Source: Podarcis vaucheri (Eukaryota). Taken from it: a stretch of DNA of 64,000 nt. Of this stretch, positions 37,467 to 50,500 are shown piece by piece; the first letter of the stretch is position 1, and every line of letters begins with the position of its first letter. The DNA lies in the NCBI GenBank assembly GCA_965113315.1, contig OZ220376.1, one strand, 5' to 3'. The position numbers and the translations under genes are program-made. The notes beneath the pieces are model-generated. The model was not told the DNA's origin and did no database searches. It was given only the letters and a program-made list of their open reading frames with translations.

Positions 37467-38133
37467 GCACCCCTTCTTCCTCTGTGGGTGCTGCTATGCC
37501 CTTGCACAAAGACAGTTCCAGGAGTGTGCCCTTGCTATCTCAGGTGTGCGGCCAGCCGGATAGTGCCAAGCGTCTTTCCATCAAAATCCCCCTTCGTCAT
37601 CTGTGCCATCTTTGACAATCCACCTGGTGGAGCTGCATCTATTATATTATTATCGTGTGACCGGGCACACGTGACCCTCGCTTTGGGGAGCTTGTGCACT
37701 GCTGCCTCCTGGCGTGCGCTGCTGGCGACCGGGCCTTCAGCGCCAGCTTGGACTCCCATCAGCGTCGCCACCCGCGACCACGGGCCCTTCTCTTGCTCAT
37801 TTATATTCATTGGAAGCGGGGAGGTGGAGCTTTCTGCGAGCCCCGCCCCCTCCCCGGCCTTGGCCGGGGCATGTGGCGCCGTGTTGTCACGGCAACCCCC
37901 GCGCAGCGCGGAACGCGTGGGGGCGGGGCCTGCAGCGTGGCCGGCCGAAGCCGCCGCGCGAACGCCCGAGGGGGCGGGGCAAGGCGTTCTTCTCGCGCGT
38001 GCGCTCGCTCCCCGCCTTTTCTTTTTGCCTGTTCGCGCGCGCGCTCGTCTCTGTGTCTGTTGGGGGAGGATTCGCAGCTCCCGCGACCCTCCGTCCTCCC
38101 CTCCGAGAGGCCTCCTTCCCCGCCTGGCGCAGG

Positions 38134-38519
38134 ATGGACCCCGCGGGGAGCTCGCTGGACTTGGGGTTCTGCCCGTCGGCGCCCTGCCTGCTGGTGGAGG
38201 ACTCGCAGCCGGAGCCGGACTCCGCCCAGGACGACGGCGAGGAGCCGCAGGCCCTGCCCGGCCTGAAGAGGAGGTGCCGGGAACCAGGGGCGCAGGACGA
38301 GGCGGATGGGCCGCGGGTCGTTCCGGGAGCGAAGGCGGCAGGAGGAGGCCCGGAGGAGCAGCAGGAGGAGGGCCGGGGCTCTGAGGGGGCTGAGCGGGGT
38401 CCCTCAGGGGGCTCTGGGCCCGCTCCCTTGCCGCCTCCGCTGCCGGCCTCCGACTCGCCCCGCGCCCTCCTCAGCCAGGTCTTGGAGCAGCTGCCGCCAC
38501 CGCTCGCCAGGAACATCAG
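38134..38519 (+). CDS. TP53BP1: TP53BP1 coding exon 1
   Basis: MDPAGS...[11 protein letters not shown]...SQVLEQLP; donor AG|gtgggc. Confidence 0.88.
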
Positions 38520-41500
38520 GTGGGCACCGCCATTCCTTCTCCGCGGGTGGGCTTTCGGCCTGCTTGACCCCCCTGAGACGTTGCTTGTCTCCCTTGCAGG
38601 GCGGCGGACGACCCCCGCGGCGGCGCTGCTGCTGCACCGGGCTCGCTCTGCGCGGAAGGTAAGTGGCCTCCTCCGCCTGCTGCTGCTGGGGACGGCCCTT
38701 GGGGGCTGCCCCTTCGCCATTGCTGAGAATCCAGCCCGGGGGGGGGGCGCTGCACAGGCCGTCGCCTGTTCTCGCTAGAGGCCGTCCTTGAACGGGGGGG
38801 GGGGGTTCGGGGTCCCCTCGTGACTGTTCTGCAGCCCTCTTGAGTTCACAAGTAACCTTGGCGGGGTGGGAGAGGGAGGGGTTGTTTGCCGGGCCCATTT
38901 CCTCCCTTTGGATGCTGGAGCCCTTCCACATGTGCTGAGGAAGTTCTTATCTTCTGATGCTAGAATCAGGCATGTCGCAGCTGGGCTTCGGTGTTTTGGA
39001 GCTCTCCCAGAGCCAGAACCTTGAAGGAGACTCCACAGCTAGTGTGGTTAGTGATAAGGAGCAGCTGCAACCCAAAGTGGCCTTGGAAGAAGAGGAGCAG
39101 GAGGAGGATTCCAATGGCGGTAGGTGAAGTGGGGGCGACCTCCTGAGTCTTTAGCTGAGCAGCCCTTTCCTCTGGCATAGGAAAACTTCACTCCAACCCT
39201 TTGCGAAACTACCCACACTGCCTCAAAAGGACTTCAGGCCCAAACAGAACCTTCTTTCTTTTAAATCATCCTTACTTGTTCATTCATTCATTTGAAGAAC
39301 ATTTTGCCCAGTTTACAATGTAGATGGCAAAAGCTTCCAGAATGGCTTACAAAGTAAGCGGTCCCTTCCCTTGGGCATACAGTCTCAAAGACATGCACTG
39401 GGCAGCAGGGTGAGTGGGGGAAAGCAAGCTCAGGCACCAGGTTTTAAACATATTATTCTTACAACAAGCTGGATGGGATAGAGACAGGCCAGTTACTTCC
39501 CCTTCCTGCTGTTCTGCAGCTGGATAGAATGGCTGCTTCTGGGTGACAGATGGGAGCCTTACAGTTCTGTTTGCCTAGTACTTACCAATAAACTGAGTCT
39601 CTGGAGTAACAGTACTTTTGTACACAGTATTCCTGCAAGGCAATTGAGGGACTGTAGTTGCCAAACTAACATTGAGTTGTATCCATTGTTAGTACTACTC
39701 TGAATAGACCCATTGAAATTAGTAGACATGAGTGATCTAGGTTCATTAATTTAAGTTAGGTGCAATCTTAGCAGTGAACGTAATAAAATTACCAATAAAA
39801 TACATATAAAACTAGCAAAAAAACCAAAGCCCATAATAGATAATAGGTCATACAGGGAATGCCATCAGCCCTGAATCCAAGCAGATTTTGACTTGGCACC
39901 TAGATCGAAATCAGATTTAGTAATTCTCTGGAAAAGTCCTTAGAATGCAACATAGTGCAGTTGTGCTGTGGTATTTCAAGTGAAGCACCAATTCCTGATG
40001 CTTTTTTTGCTCTGCATGCAGATCCAGATGAAGTGACAAAGTCTGGGAGTGACTCTCCTGATAGGTAAATATCTGCTTTCACCTCTCATACTTGTTGGCT
40101 AACTTGTTGCATGGTTGAACCTTCAGGAAAGGGGGTATGGAGAGCTTGCCCTTTCTGTAGGGGGTGCAGTTTCTTTGCCTATTAAACCAGCTGTGAAGCA
40201 CATGTGGTTCCATGAAGTCCTTCTTGCTGTCACACATGTGCCGAACATTCCTGCTGCTGGTAGGCGAGAAGCTGCTACTACTTTTCTGCCTTGTTCTTTG
40301 TGAAGGAAATATATTTTCATTCCTGTTAGTTGGGATTCGGCTAAAAGTATCGGAGGTGCCTTGCTGTTGCCTCCTGGCCAAGAAGGAAAGAAAGAAGGGA
40401 CAGACCTTTCCATTGGGATTTTACAGGAGGGGGTTGCACCAAGGTGCTGCTGGCACTCTTACTAAACCTCATTTGAATGAGAAAAAAAAAAGTTCCCTGA
40501 CTCTTTTCTCTTCTGCATTACCTAAAGAAATGGTGGAGTAGCTTATATCCATTCCCACTGGGATTTTTCAGGCCCAACAGCAAAGTTCTGTTTGCACCTT
40601 TGCAAAGTTCAGCACAAAAGCAAACATTCTTCCACTCCGCAAGTTCTGTGCATGCTTTGTGTCCTGTTTTTAATCCCCAGGGAAGCTATCAGCTTGTTTG
40701 TGTGGCATTCTTTCAGCTTGTCGTATTATTTTTCTGAAGATGTAGTCCACCCTGGGGCCTTACAGTGAAGAGCAGGCAACAAATATAAACAATGACACCC
40801 TGGGGAATATTGATTACACTTATGTTCCCAGCAGCACCCCAAAAATTCTGCAGTTCCATAAAGAACCTGCAAGGAGTCCAACTTCTGCCTGCCATCCACT
40901 TGACAGAAGGCCACAAGGGACGGATCCCTCTGGGTGGCATACACAGGATGCTGATGTCTTATCTACTCAGGAGGACATGTTTGGCCAGAGCAGCACAACA
41001 GGTGAAAACAGACTGCATGCCTGTGCCGTGGCCCCTGCAACCCATGAGGGGGAAGCAGGTGCAGTTTGCTGAAGCTCTGCTTATCCTGATAGCAAAGGAA
41101 GGTTTCCTACTTGATTACTATATAGATAGTGCTACATAGGTACATAGGAGACAGCTTAGTGTATGTCTCCTATGCACGACACACAGATGCTGTGGGAGGA
41201 ATGGTAGGCAGTTGCTTTGTGGATGATGAGAATTCCAGTGGCACTGATAAAGTGGCCTTTTCAACGGATGTGTTTCTATGTCACCCTTTGCTGTTGTTGC
41301 ATTTTGAAAATGTCTTAGTGTTTTGAATTCTTCAAATTTTGCCTCTTTTGTTTGTGCAGATGGCTTTGAATATGTAGTGGCACAGATCACCAGTGCTGAA
41401 CAAGTTGTACAGGGTTGTCAGATTCTAGCATGGGCTGCTCAAAACGTAGCTCATCAGTTGCATTGCTGACTTGCGTTCAGCACCCTGAGAGTTGTAGTTT

Positions 41501-44500
41501 TCAGGCAAATATGCAAAATCATTCTTTGGTGACAGCATTAAAACCTGCCAGCTGCCACTGTGGCTGAAGGACATACTATTTGCCCTTCCAACAGTGGCCA
41601 ATCAGGTGCCCAGGAGTAAATTTCTCTAGATTTAGAGATAGCAGCTCTTCGGGAAAATCTCAGCCGGTCATCAATATTTGATGGTGTTGCTGAGGAACGT
41701 AAAACATTTTCCATCCCTGTTGGGTTTACTTAAATTTACAGTCATATTTTTGCACACCACAAATTGTGGGTGCTCTTCTGCAATTTTGAGCAGTTGCAAC
41801 AAGGTATTAAAATTGACTCCGATGTAGGGAAAAGATCAGAGCAGCTGGGAAACAGATTTTCAAGGCAGTGTCCATTGGGTTGTTTGACAAAACTGCTAAA
41901 TGGTTTTGTTAATTTTAATTGCCTCTTGTTCCAGATGGTGACAGTGCTGTGTCCAGAGTGGAAGCAGCAAATTCTCCAGTGTGCACTCCTGCCGATTCTC
42001 TGCATGTCCTTCATCTCTCTGGACAGGGACCTCTTTCCATGTAAGTAACAAGCCTGTTCAGGTTGCTTTTGTTACCTGTTTCCCTGAATAATTGCTTCTA
42101 GGAAGCTGCCTTACACTGAGTCAGGTCCATCTAGCTCAGTATTGCTCACACTGACTGGCAGCAGCTTTCCAGAATTTCAGATGGGGGGCATTCCCAGCCG
42201 TGCTTGGAAATGCAACCCGGTATTGAACCTTGGGCCTTTCTCATATGAAGAAGGTGCTCTTTCACTATGACCTTTTTCCTTCTCAGCTAATTGATGATCC
42301 ACTTATTACTTCCTTGCCTCCTGAATTCACTAATTGAGTCAGTTGCGCAGTTGGTTATCCCTGTATTGATTGGCTCTTATGCTTTCATTGATAGTGTTGT
42401 AATTGTGTCCACCTTTCAAAGTAACTGAGTTTTCTTTGCCTCTACTCCTTCTGCGCTCGTTGGTCTTTGTTGCCTTCCTTTTTCTCCTTTCTGTTCCCTG
42501 ATGAGACACACAACCGAGCGCTGTTTGTGTTTCATGTTCCGTGGGAGGTACAAATGTGGTCTGTGCCTGCGAGCTGAGCCTTGGCTTCGGCCTTCAGATC
42601 TCTGGAATAGATTAGCTCATTTGCTTTTTTCTTGTGACCTTGCATATGCAGACAGTGAGGCAACTGAGTGATCTCTTTTTCTCTGTAGTTGTGCTTCAGG
42701 CCTTCCTACGCCATCTCCTGGCATCTCACATTCTGTACCCCTCATCATTCCAAGAAGCCCAACAGAACAGGGAACAGAAGGTATGCCAACTCTTTCTGCT
42801 GGAGGCCTTGGTAGCCCTTGGCCCAAGCTATGGTGTTCAAAAAGACAACTTAGTAATGGTGACCCAGGTTTCTTTTCTTTCATTTCTGAGCGAATGTGGA
42901 GGCCCCTCCTCTTTTTGAGCACTGAAAGAGGGGTGCAGAGGGCCAGTTGGTACCCTTCAGCTTTTTTGGCAGTGAGGTGTTCTGCTCCAGTGGCAGGAAC
43001 AAGGCTGTCTTTCTCTGCTAAGGCAATAACGTTAATTTATCCACATCTTCTGTTGTTGCAGCAGCAGCAACAGGAGGAGGAGGAGGGAAGCAAGAAGAAG
43101 AGCCAAAGGAGACTCGGACTCCAGGGCTTCCTCAGTCCTCTACACCTGTCGCTCAAGATGCGCCAGCTTTTACTCCAGCATTCACTCCCATACCATCACA
43201 ACCAGAGTTCTCCCATGTAAGTGGTCAGAAGGTGCCCAGCACTGAGACTGGTCTTCTCTGTGCTGCGTTCATCCTTGGTAGAAGTAAGGAGGCCCCCACG
43301 CCTCTTGCCCTACAGTTTGACAATCCTTTCCTTCGCTTGTGTTTTTTTGTCATAGGAGGATTTTCAAGACATTCACAAAGCGTTAGCCTGGCTTTGTGTA
43401 TAGAAGGGCAAATCTCCTGGCCACCATGTTGGTTGTGGAAAACAGGAAACAATACTTTATGAAGTATCTTGCTTTGTGATTGGCCTGCTGGTATGTCTTG
43501 GTTGCAGTGTCAAGAATTACTTCTGGTTCTCTTGAGAGCTGGCCTGGTTGCAGAATCTCAGGTGTGGAGCTGTCATATTCCAATGTGTTTGTGTTTCCCT
43601 CTGTTTTAGGACACTTTCCTCCCAACTCCAAGCTTAGAGAAAGGGCCTGAGGCACAGACAGAGAAAGGAGATGATTGTGGTATCAGTTTGCCAGCAGACA
43701 GCTCTGAAATCCCTGAGGCACCTGCATCTGTTGTGGAGGGCCCCTTGTCATGGCCCTCGGGTGAGGCCTGCCTATTGGCGCTGTCTGCCAGTGAGTGCAG
43801 CCAGTCCACTGAGGCTGTGCAGCCTGAGGAAACAGCCATGGAAGCTCATGTTCCTCCAGTGGAGAAGCTTGGCTTGGATGGTAGATGTAGCGAGCAGCAG
43901 CGGTTTAATGAGGACAGCCATGCTTCAACTGGGCATCCTGCAGGAAGAGGTTCCACTGCCCAAGTTGGAGTTGGAGATGACCTTGGAAGTCAGGGCCACC
44001 TCTTGTGCCAGGGGTCTCAGGAGCCAGAATGTGAAGCTGTCCCAGAAACGCCTGGTGAAGCGCAGGGAGAAGCTGAGCTGCTGAGGGACGGAAGGTCTTG
44101 CCTTCACTCGACTCACTCTCAGGAAGAAAAGGTGGACCAGCATGTGGAACCTGCTGCAGGCAGAGAAGACTCTGAGAATGTGCTCCAGGCAGCTGTAGAG
44201 CCTGCACACCCAGATCCAGCAAACTTAAAGAGACCCCCCTTGGAAGACTCCAGGGAGGAGGCGTCCCTGAGGATCGGCCCTGGGGTGACACTGAAGCTCT
44301 CTGACTCCCAACCAGAGCTGGAGGGAAGCAGGTCCCAGGGGAGGTCCAGCGTTGCCCCTGGAGTGGGGCTGCCTGCTGCCATCTCTCCAGGCAGAAGCAA
44401 CTTGGGAAGTGTGCTGGAGGAGGAGGAGAGCTTGCCACTTCTGCCCTCCCAGGGGGAAGGGAGTGGTGTGCCAACAACAGCCAAGGAGGATGAAACTGCA

Positions 44501-47500
44501 GAGAGCCAAGCAGCAGCAGCACCTCCAGAGCAAGGAAGTAGGAAGTCTGCTGCCCTTCCATCAGTTACTGCAAGGGAAGATTCAGAGCTGGGGCCCTTGC
44601 CTGGGAAGGAGAAAGCACCAGCAGTGACTTTGGAAGAGGAATCCCATTCTGGGAGTGCAGAGGACCAGATGGAGATCCAGCAGAAGCCATGTGGGCTGGA
44701 GAGAGAGGTGCAGCTGTGCCAGAGGGGTCCTGAGCCACCTGCTAGCCTGCCCAGCGGTAAGTGGATCTGGAGAGTAAGAGCAGCAGTAGAATTGCATCAT
44801 TGGAAAGCATCCCTGTGGAGTGACCCAGGCTGCCTAGGCTTGAGCCAATGTGGCTGAGAGAGAAAGGATAGTAGCCTTTTGCAGCTTAAGAAAATAATTT
44901 CTCTTGCCTCCTCCTTTCCCTATCCCCCTGCCCTATTGTGTGAGTTATTTCCTTGAAATACTCTCCAGTGGTTGCCAAAGGGCATGATACACATAGACTG
45001 AGATGGAGGCTGTTCCCTTCCTGCCTCTGTGCCTGTCTGGTGTGTGAAGGGTGCATTGCATCTGATCTCACAGAGGCTGCATTGGCCTGTTATTGGCCTG
45101 TTGGCTTTTATTTTTTATTTTATTTTTTAAAATAATATTTATTGAAATATTTGTTGGCTTTTAAATGCTCCTTTATTTATTGCTTATTAAGTACATATTT
45201 GGACTGCCTAATAGCCAGAGCTCTCTGGGCAGTTCACAGAAGAGAAATGGAAGTACAGGCATAATTCAAATCAGCCCAGACTCCTTTGCAGCTGCAGTGA
45301 GAGCCTTCCAGGCTGTTGGAACAGAGTTCTAGTGCTCTCTGTGGCTTGATGACTGGCAAGGTCTCACCCCCCAGCCTGCTATCTTTCAGCAGTTACTGTT
45401 ATCTGTTTTCAGTGATTACATTGTTGAAGCACAGCATGTTCTGTAAGTGCCTGCCTAGAGTACAATATGTTTAGCATAGGTGGGAGGAGCTGGGATGTTT
45501 GTGCACTGGGGACTTGGGCTTTGCTCTGCCCATGGTTTCAACCTTCTGGACTAGAAACTAACCCCCCCCCCCCAAAAAAAAAAACATAAAACAGACTTCT
45601 CCGGTATCTGCCTTGTACCAGCCTCTATGCAGCACATGGCAGGAAGTAAGAGGCCTGGGCACAGGATTTGCAAAGGAATCTTCTTGTCTGCTTCACCTTG
45701 CCTGGTCTCACTCACTGGACTCATTGTTAAAACCGTGTTTATGGAAGACAATCTTACTCTGCTACGAGTGATCACCAAAGAAGATGACCTTGTCCGGTAG
45801 TGTGATGCCATGCTGTTTTCTTCTAGTCTGGGCCTTTGGCTGACCATTTAGCTGCTGAGAATTTGTGGCAAGGAGGGTGCTTAGTAGCAGAATGTGAGCT
45901 CACCACCTGTCTGTTGTAATATCTTGTTCCAGAAACCCCCTTTCATCTCGCCCTGCTGAAGGAGAAGCATGTGACTGAGCCACTGACAGGCATCACCCCA
46001 CCTCACATTGGCCAGCTGAAGAAAGGCCCCAGGCGACACAGCACTCCTATTGGTGAGTAGGAGATGTGGGGTAGGATTTCTGTGAGTGATTGAGATGGGC
46101 ACCAGCTGCCTTCCCAAAGTGGCCATCTTTTGTCCTTCTCTTTGCCTTCAGAAGGTGTGTGTGCTGGTGGAGAGCAAGGAGGAGACTGATCCAAGCAACC
46201 ACCAGTAAAGCAAAACCCCAGTGGGAGGGAGGCCCTGTGGTAGCTGTTTACATGTTGCCAGAACGGTGTGAGCTTGGAAGATATGACCTTACATTGCGCC
46301 ATATTGCCTGTTCATTTTGCTCTATTGTCATATCTGACTGGCAGCAGCTGGGGCTTCAAGTGTGAAGAGGATCTCACAGCACCAGCTGACTGATCCCTCT
46401 AACTGGAGGGACTGCTAGGGATTGAACCTGGGACCTTGTGCATACAAAGCAAGTGCTCTGCCACTTCCTCTGCCATTTGGAAGCAGCTACAGACCACAAG
46501 GGGTATTACGGACTCTGCTCTTGGAGCAGCTGAGAAGTGTGGACAGTTGCTGTCTACACTGCTATAATCTGAAGCAAATCTGGATGCAGCTCCAACTGCT
46601 GCTGTGGCTTCCTCCACAGAATTCTGGAAGGTGCAAGGGCCCAAATTCTTTTTGGCTGCCTTGCAGAAGTACAACCCACATAGCTTTGGATTAGGAGCCC
46701 AGCTCATTTGGTCTCTCTCTGATGTTAGAGCAGTTGGCCCAAGGGCTAAGGCAGATTCTGGTGCTGCGGAGCTGCCATCTGCTTGGGGGTGGCCAAGAGG
46801 CTTTCTGTGCTGGTTCTTTCCAGCAAGCCTGGGTGGCTGTTGGTGAACCTGCCATCTTGCTTTGCTTGTTTCAGAGGCTGGAAACTGCCCGGACAATACC
46901 ATAGCAACCAGCGATGTCACAGCTGAGGGCACCAACAATGTGACAGTGGAGAGTGCTCTGACCTCTGTTGAGATGGAGGAGAGTGGCAAAGGGAGCGCTG
47001 AGGCCGCCTGTGAGGAGCAGGGGAAGCTGTCCTTGCGCATGAACCTTGTGACTCCTGTGACGGAAGAGAGTGATGAGTCCCTGCCCTTCAGCCTAGACAG
47101 TAAGAGATTCAGTGCAAGAGCAGTTGCAGAGCGATGGTCCCCTGCCCTGGACTAGTGACTCCAAACAGTACTGACTGCTTGACTAGCGGTCTTTATAGTT
47201 CTCGTGATTCCACCTCTGCCTGGGAAGGGCTGATTTGGCAGTGCTGTTGGAAACACTTGCAGAAACCTGGCCCTTTAGGCAAGGAAGAGGTGGTCCTTGT
47301 CCTGGGCAAGTTGTAAAGAAGATGGCAAGGCTTTCTAACTGGGTGGTGACTTTTGATCCAAAGTGTTTGGGAGGGGGTGGAATGCTTCTAATGCCTTCCT
47401 CTTTGCCCCCAGAGCCCACATCCAGTGAAAAGAAGAACGGGTCTGTCACAGGAGTTGTTTCCAGGTAATAGGCAGGTACTGGTACTTAAGCCCTTTGTGA

Positions 47501-50500
47501 CAGAGGTGAATGGCATCTGCTGGGAAAGGGTTATGTGTGCTTATGTGCCATCCTTCTGCCATCCAGTATAGGCCCAACTGGGTCAGACTATCAGTATCTC
47601 TAGGGCTGTTTTCATCAGTTTTCCCCATGCGTGGATGAACTGCCCATGTCAGAGAGGTCTGAGCCCCAGAGAGGTATTTGGAGGGGCAGGAAACCGTGTC
47701 TTGCTCCCTCCATCCTTCCAGATTCTCTGAGCTGCTGCTAGGGAGGTGAAGGATGTTGGTATTTAATGGCATCTGAGGGGTTTTCTGAACTGGAGGTCCT
47801 TGTGGGTGCTTGAGCCCCAGCATTCTGGGGCCACCAAATACTGGCCAGGTTGCCTCACTGCTAGCAAGCTCATAGGCCTTAGCTATCTCTTTGGCAGGAT
47901 TGGTCCTTTCTGAGCCTGTCTCTCTCTTCTGCCTATAGCTCCCGGAAGGTGTCATCCGTCTTCACACGAGTCTGTGAAGTACAGCGTGAAGAAGACAAGG
48001 CTCAACGCCCTGAGCTGCCTTGTCCACTGTTCAGGCAAGTCCATGAAAGGCCTCCCTGGTGCTGTCTCTGTGCAACTTCCCTTCCATATGAACTAATAAC
48101 TCATCCCATGCCATGTGCTGCTTCCCTCTGTGTGCAGTAGATACTCCTGGGAAATCCCTTCCCTGGCTAAGGTGCGTCTTGGCTTTGCTGAGCCACCCCA
48201 AGTTCTGCCTGTTGGAATCATGTGTTTGTGCCAGGCCTGTTGCCAGTTGTGAGGCACGCAGGATACAACTAGGACATGCTCAGTGGGCAGTGTTTGTCCC
48301 AGGGCAGCTGGTCTTGCAGGGTGAGGGCTACAAAACAGCAGCAGTTGAAAGATCCTTTTTCTGAGCAGGTCTCCTGGACAGCCAGGCAGCTTATTGGGAC
48401 AGTTGGCATCATGCAAATGCGATAGATTGCGGGATATTGTCCCTGTGTGTGTGTTCATATGCATGCATGGCTTGTTGAGTCATTGGATATACCTGACAAC
48501 AGCAAAAATACACCTAAACTAAAAATATGCCTATGCAGTCTCTGTGCAATATGAAACTTTGCATACTTGATGGTTTATGTACAGGGATTAAAGGGAAGAC
48601 TCCAAATCCCAGACCCCCTTAGTCTTAAATGGGTAGGCTAGACAAAGCCGTGGACAAAAGGTCTCTCAACACAGTCATTCCAAATAAGGGAGAACTTTGC
48701 CTTTGTATCTGCTTCTGGGTTCCCTAGGAACATCTGACTTGCCCCTGCTGGTGACAGAAGACTGGATTTGGGTGGACATTCATTGTGATCTGGCAGAGCT
48801 CCTCTCATGCTTTTCTGATTGCTTTCAGGGGTGACCTGTTCAATTTCCCAAGTTCCCAGGAGGAGCAGGAGCCACCTGCAACCTGGCAGAGCCAGCGAAG
48901 GCTTGTGCCCCTGGGTTGTGGACCAGTCCAGGACTCTGGCTTGAGCGCTAAGCGGACAGTGGGTTGTGCGAAGGAGGGAGAGGCCATGGAAGTTGAAACA
49001 GCAGGAACTCAGGAGCAAAAAGAACAGAGGGTCCCCCAAAAGGCAGCTTCCGTTCTGGTGGTTGCAGGGAATGATGGAACTCAAACGCCAAAATCTGGCA
49101 CCAGCAGCAAGGGGACCCAGGCTGTGGCAGAGTTCCTTCAAGGGCCAACGGAATTCACGTCAGCAGCCACACAGACAGTGCCTACTGGCCAGGTGGAGGT
49201 GGGGACCAGCACGGCTGGGTTGTGGCCTGGACAGCAGGACACTAAAGTGCAGGTGGAAGAGGACCATGGATCTAGGCCTGCCAGGGCTGGGCATGCGCCA
49301 GGGACCCAGCACAACCAGGTGAGAGGGAGTCGGATCGTGTACTTGGAAAAGGGGGAGGGGGGTGAGAGGTGCTGCTGCCTGTAGCAGGGGCGAAGGATTA
49401 TCTACTACCTCCTGGTCCCAGCTTTTAGAGTGGGAGGTGGTTATTGCCACATGTGCCTCCCCCAGACTTTCCAACTCTGAGCGAGGTGGGAAGAAGCAGC
49501 CTCATCAAGAGAAGCACTTTGATTGGTCAGCCCAAAGGTCCACCAAGTCCCCCTCGCAATAGTGATCAGCCAGATGCTTGCTAGTGAGAAGCCCACAAGG
49601 GTGGCAGTTGCTATCCTGCCTCTGAGCGTATTTCATTTGTTTGTTTGTTTATATTTAAATACAGTCAAACCTTGGTTATCGAACGTAATCCGTTCCGGAA
49701 GACCGTTCGGCTTCCGAAAATCGTTCAAAAACCGGAGCAGTTACTTCTGGGTTTTCGGGAGCCGAGGTTTGGCTGTATTAGATTTATATTTAAATATATT
49801 TATAAACATTTATTTCATACGTCACGACATGCCATATAGGTGAAAACCGCACAATCACAATAAAAATGTCAAATCAGGCAGAGCTGTCTGACAAAGAAAT
49901 CTCAAGCTATTTCCATCATAGGTGAATGGTTTCTGCAAGTGCATGTGATGACCCTGTCCTGTGACAGTGAATTTCAGGAGGGAATGATTGTCCAGATTCA
50001 TTTTGGGGCATGTCCTGCATTTGCTGCCAGTTGCTTGTATTGGATAATTCTGGTGCTGCAGGAGGCCTTTCTTGTCACCAAGCCATTTTAGTTGCCCTTT
50101 TATGTGCCATCTGCAGCTCTGTGAAAGCCGTTCCTGCCTCTAATAGCAAGCTCAGGAGGTGAGTGGAGCTAAGAAACAGTGGAGTGCTGCTGTTGCCTGT
50201 TAGTGTCCAGATGGTACTGAGCTGGATTGACCAGTGCTGTATAATTCTGTATAATGCAGTCTCCTGCTCCTCTGACGGCGATGTTCCCCTTTCATTCCAA
50301 ACAGCAGTGTGCTGTGGAGGAATCTCTGAAAACTTTCTGCCTTTTTCTTTTCTTCAGCACGAGGAAGGGTTTGATTTGCCTCGCCCGCCCCCAGGCAGAG
50401 CCCTCCGGCGTCATATACGCACCATCCGCGAAGTACGAACTGTTGTCACACGACTCATCACAGACATCTACTACAAGGATGGGGCAGAAGTGGAACGCAA

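Larger units (their letters stand above)
37550..38830. promoter_or_regulatory. CpG island / TP53BP1 promoter
   Basis: Dense CpG; GC boxes; E-box CACGTG at 37668-37673; X-box-like GTTGTCACGGCAAC at 37883-37896; NRF1-like GCGCGTGCGC near 37995. Confidence 0.85.

Noticed and set aside
37464-38384. 306-aa ORF, and the upstream extension of the 354-aa ORF, over the TP53BP1 promoter
   Set aside because: CpG-island artefact; similarity to 53BP1 begins only at MDP (38134).
41477-41495. RE1-like TTCAGCACCCTGAGAG in a TP53BP1 intron
   Set aside because: Right half-site and spacing are defective.
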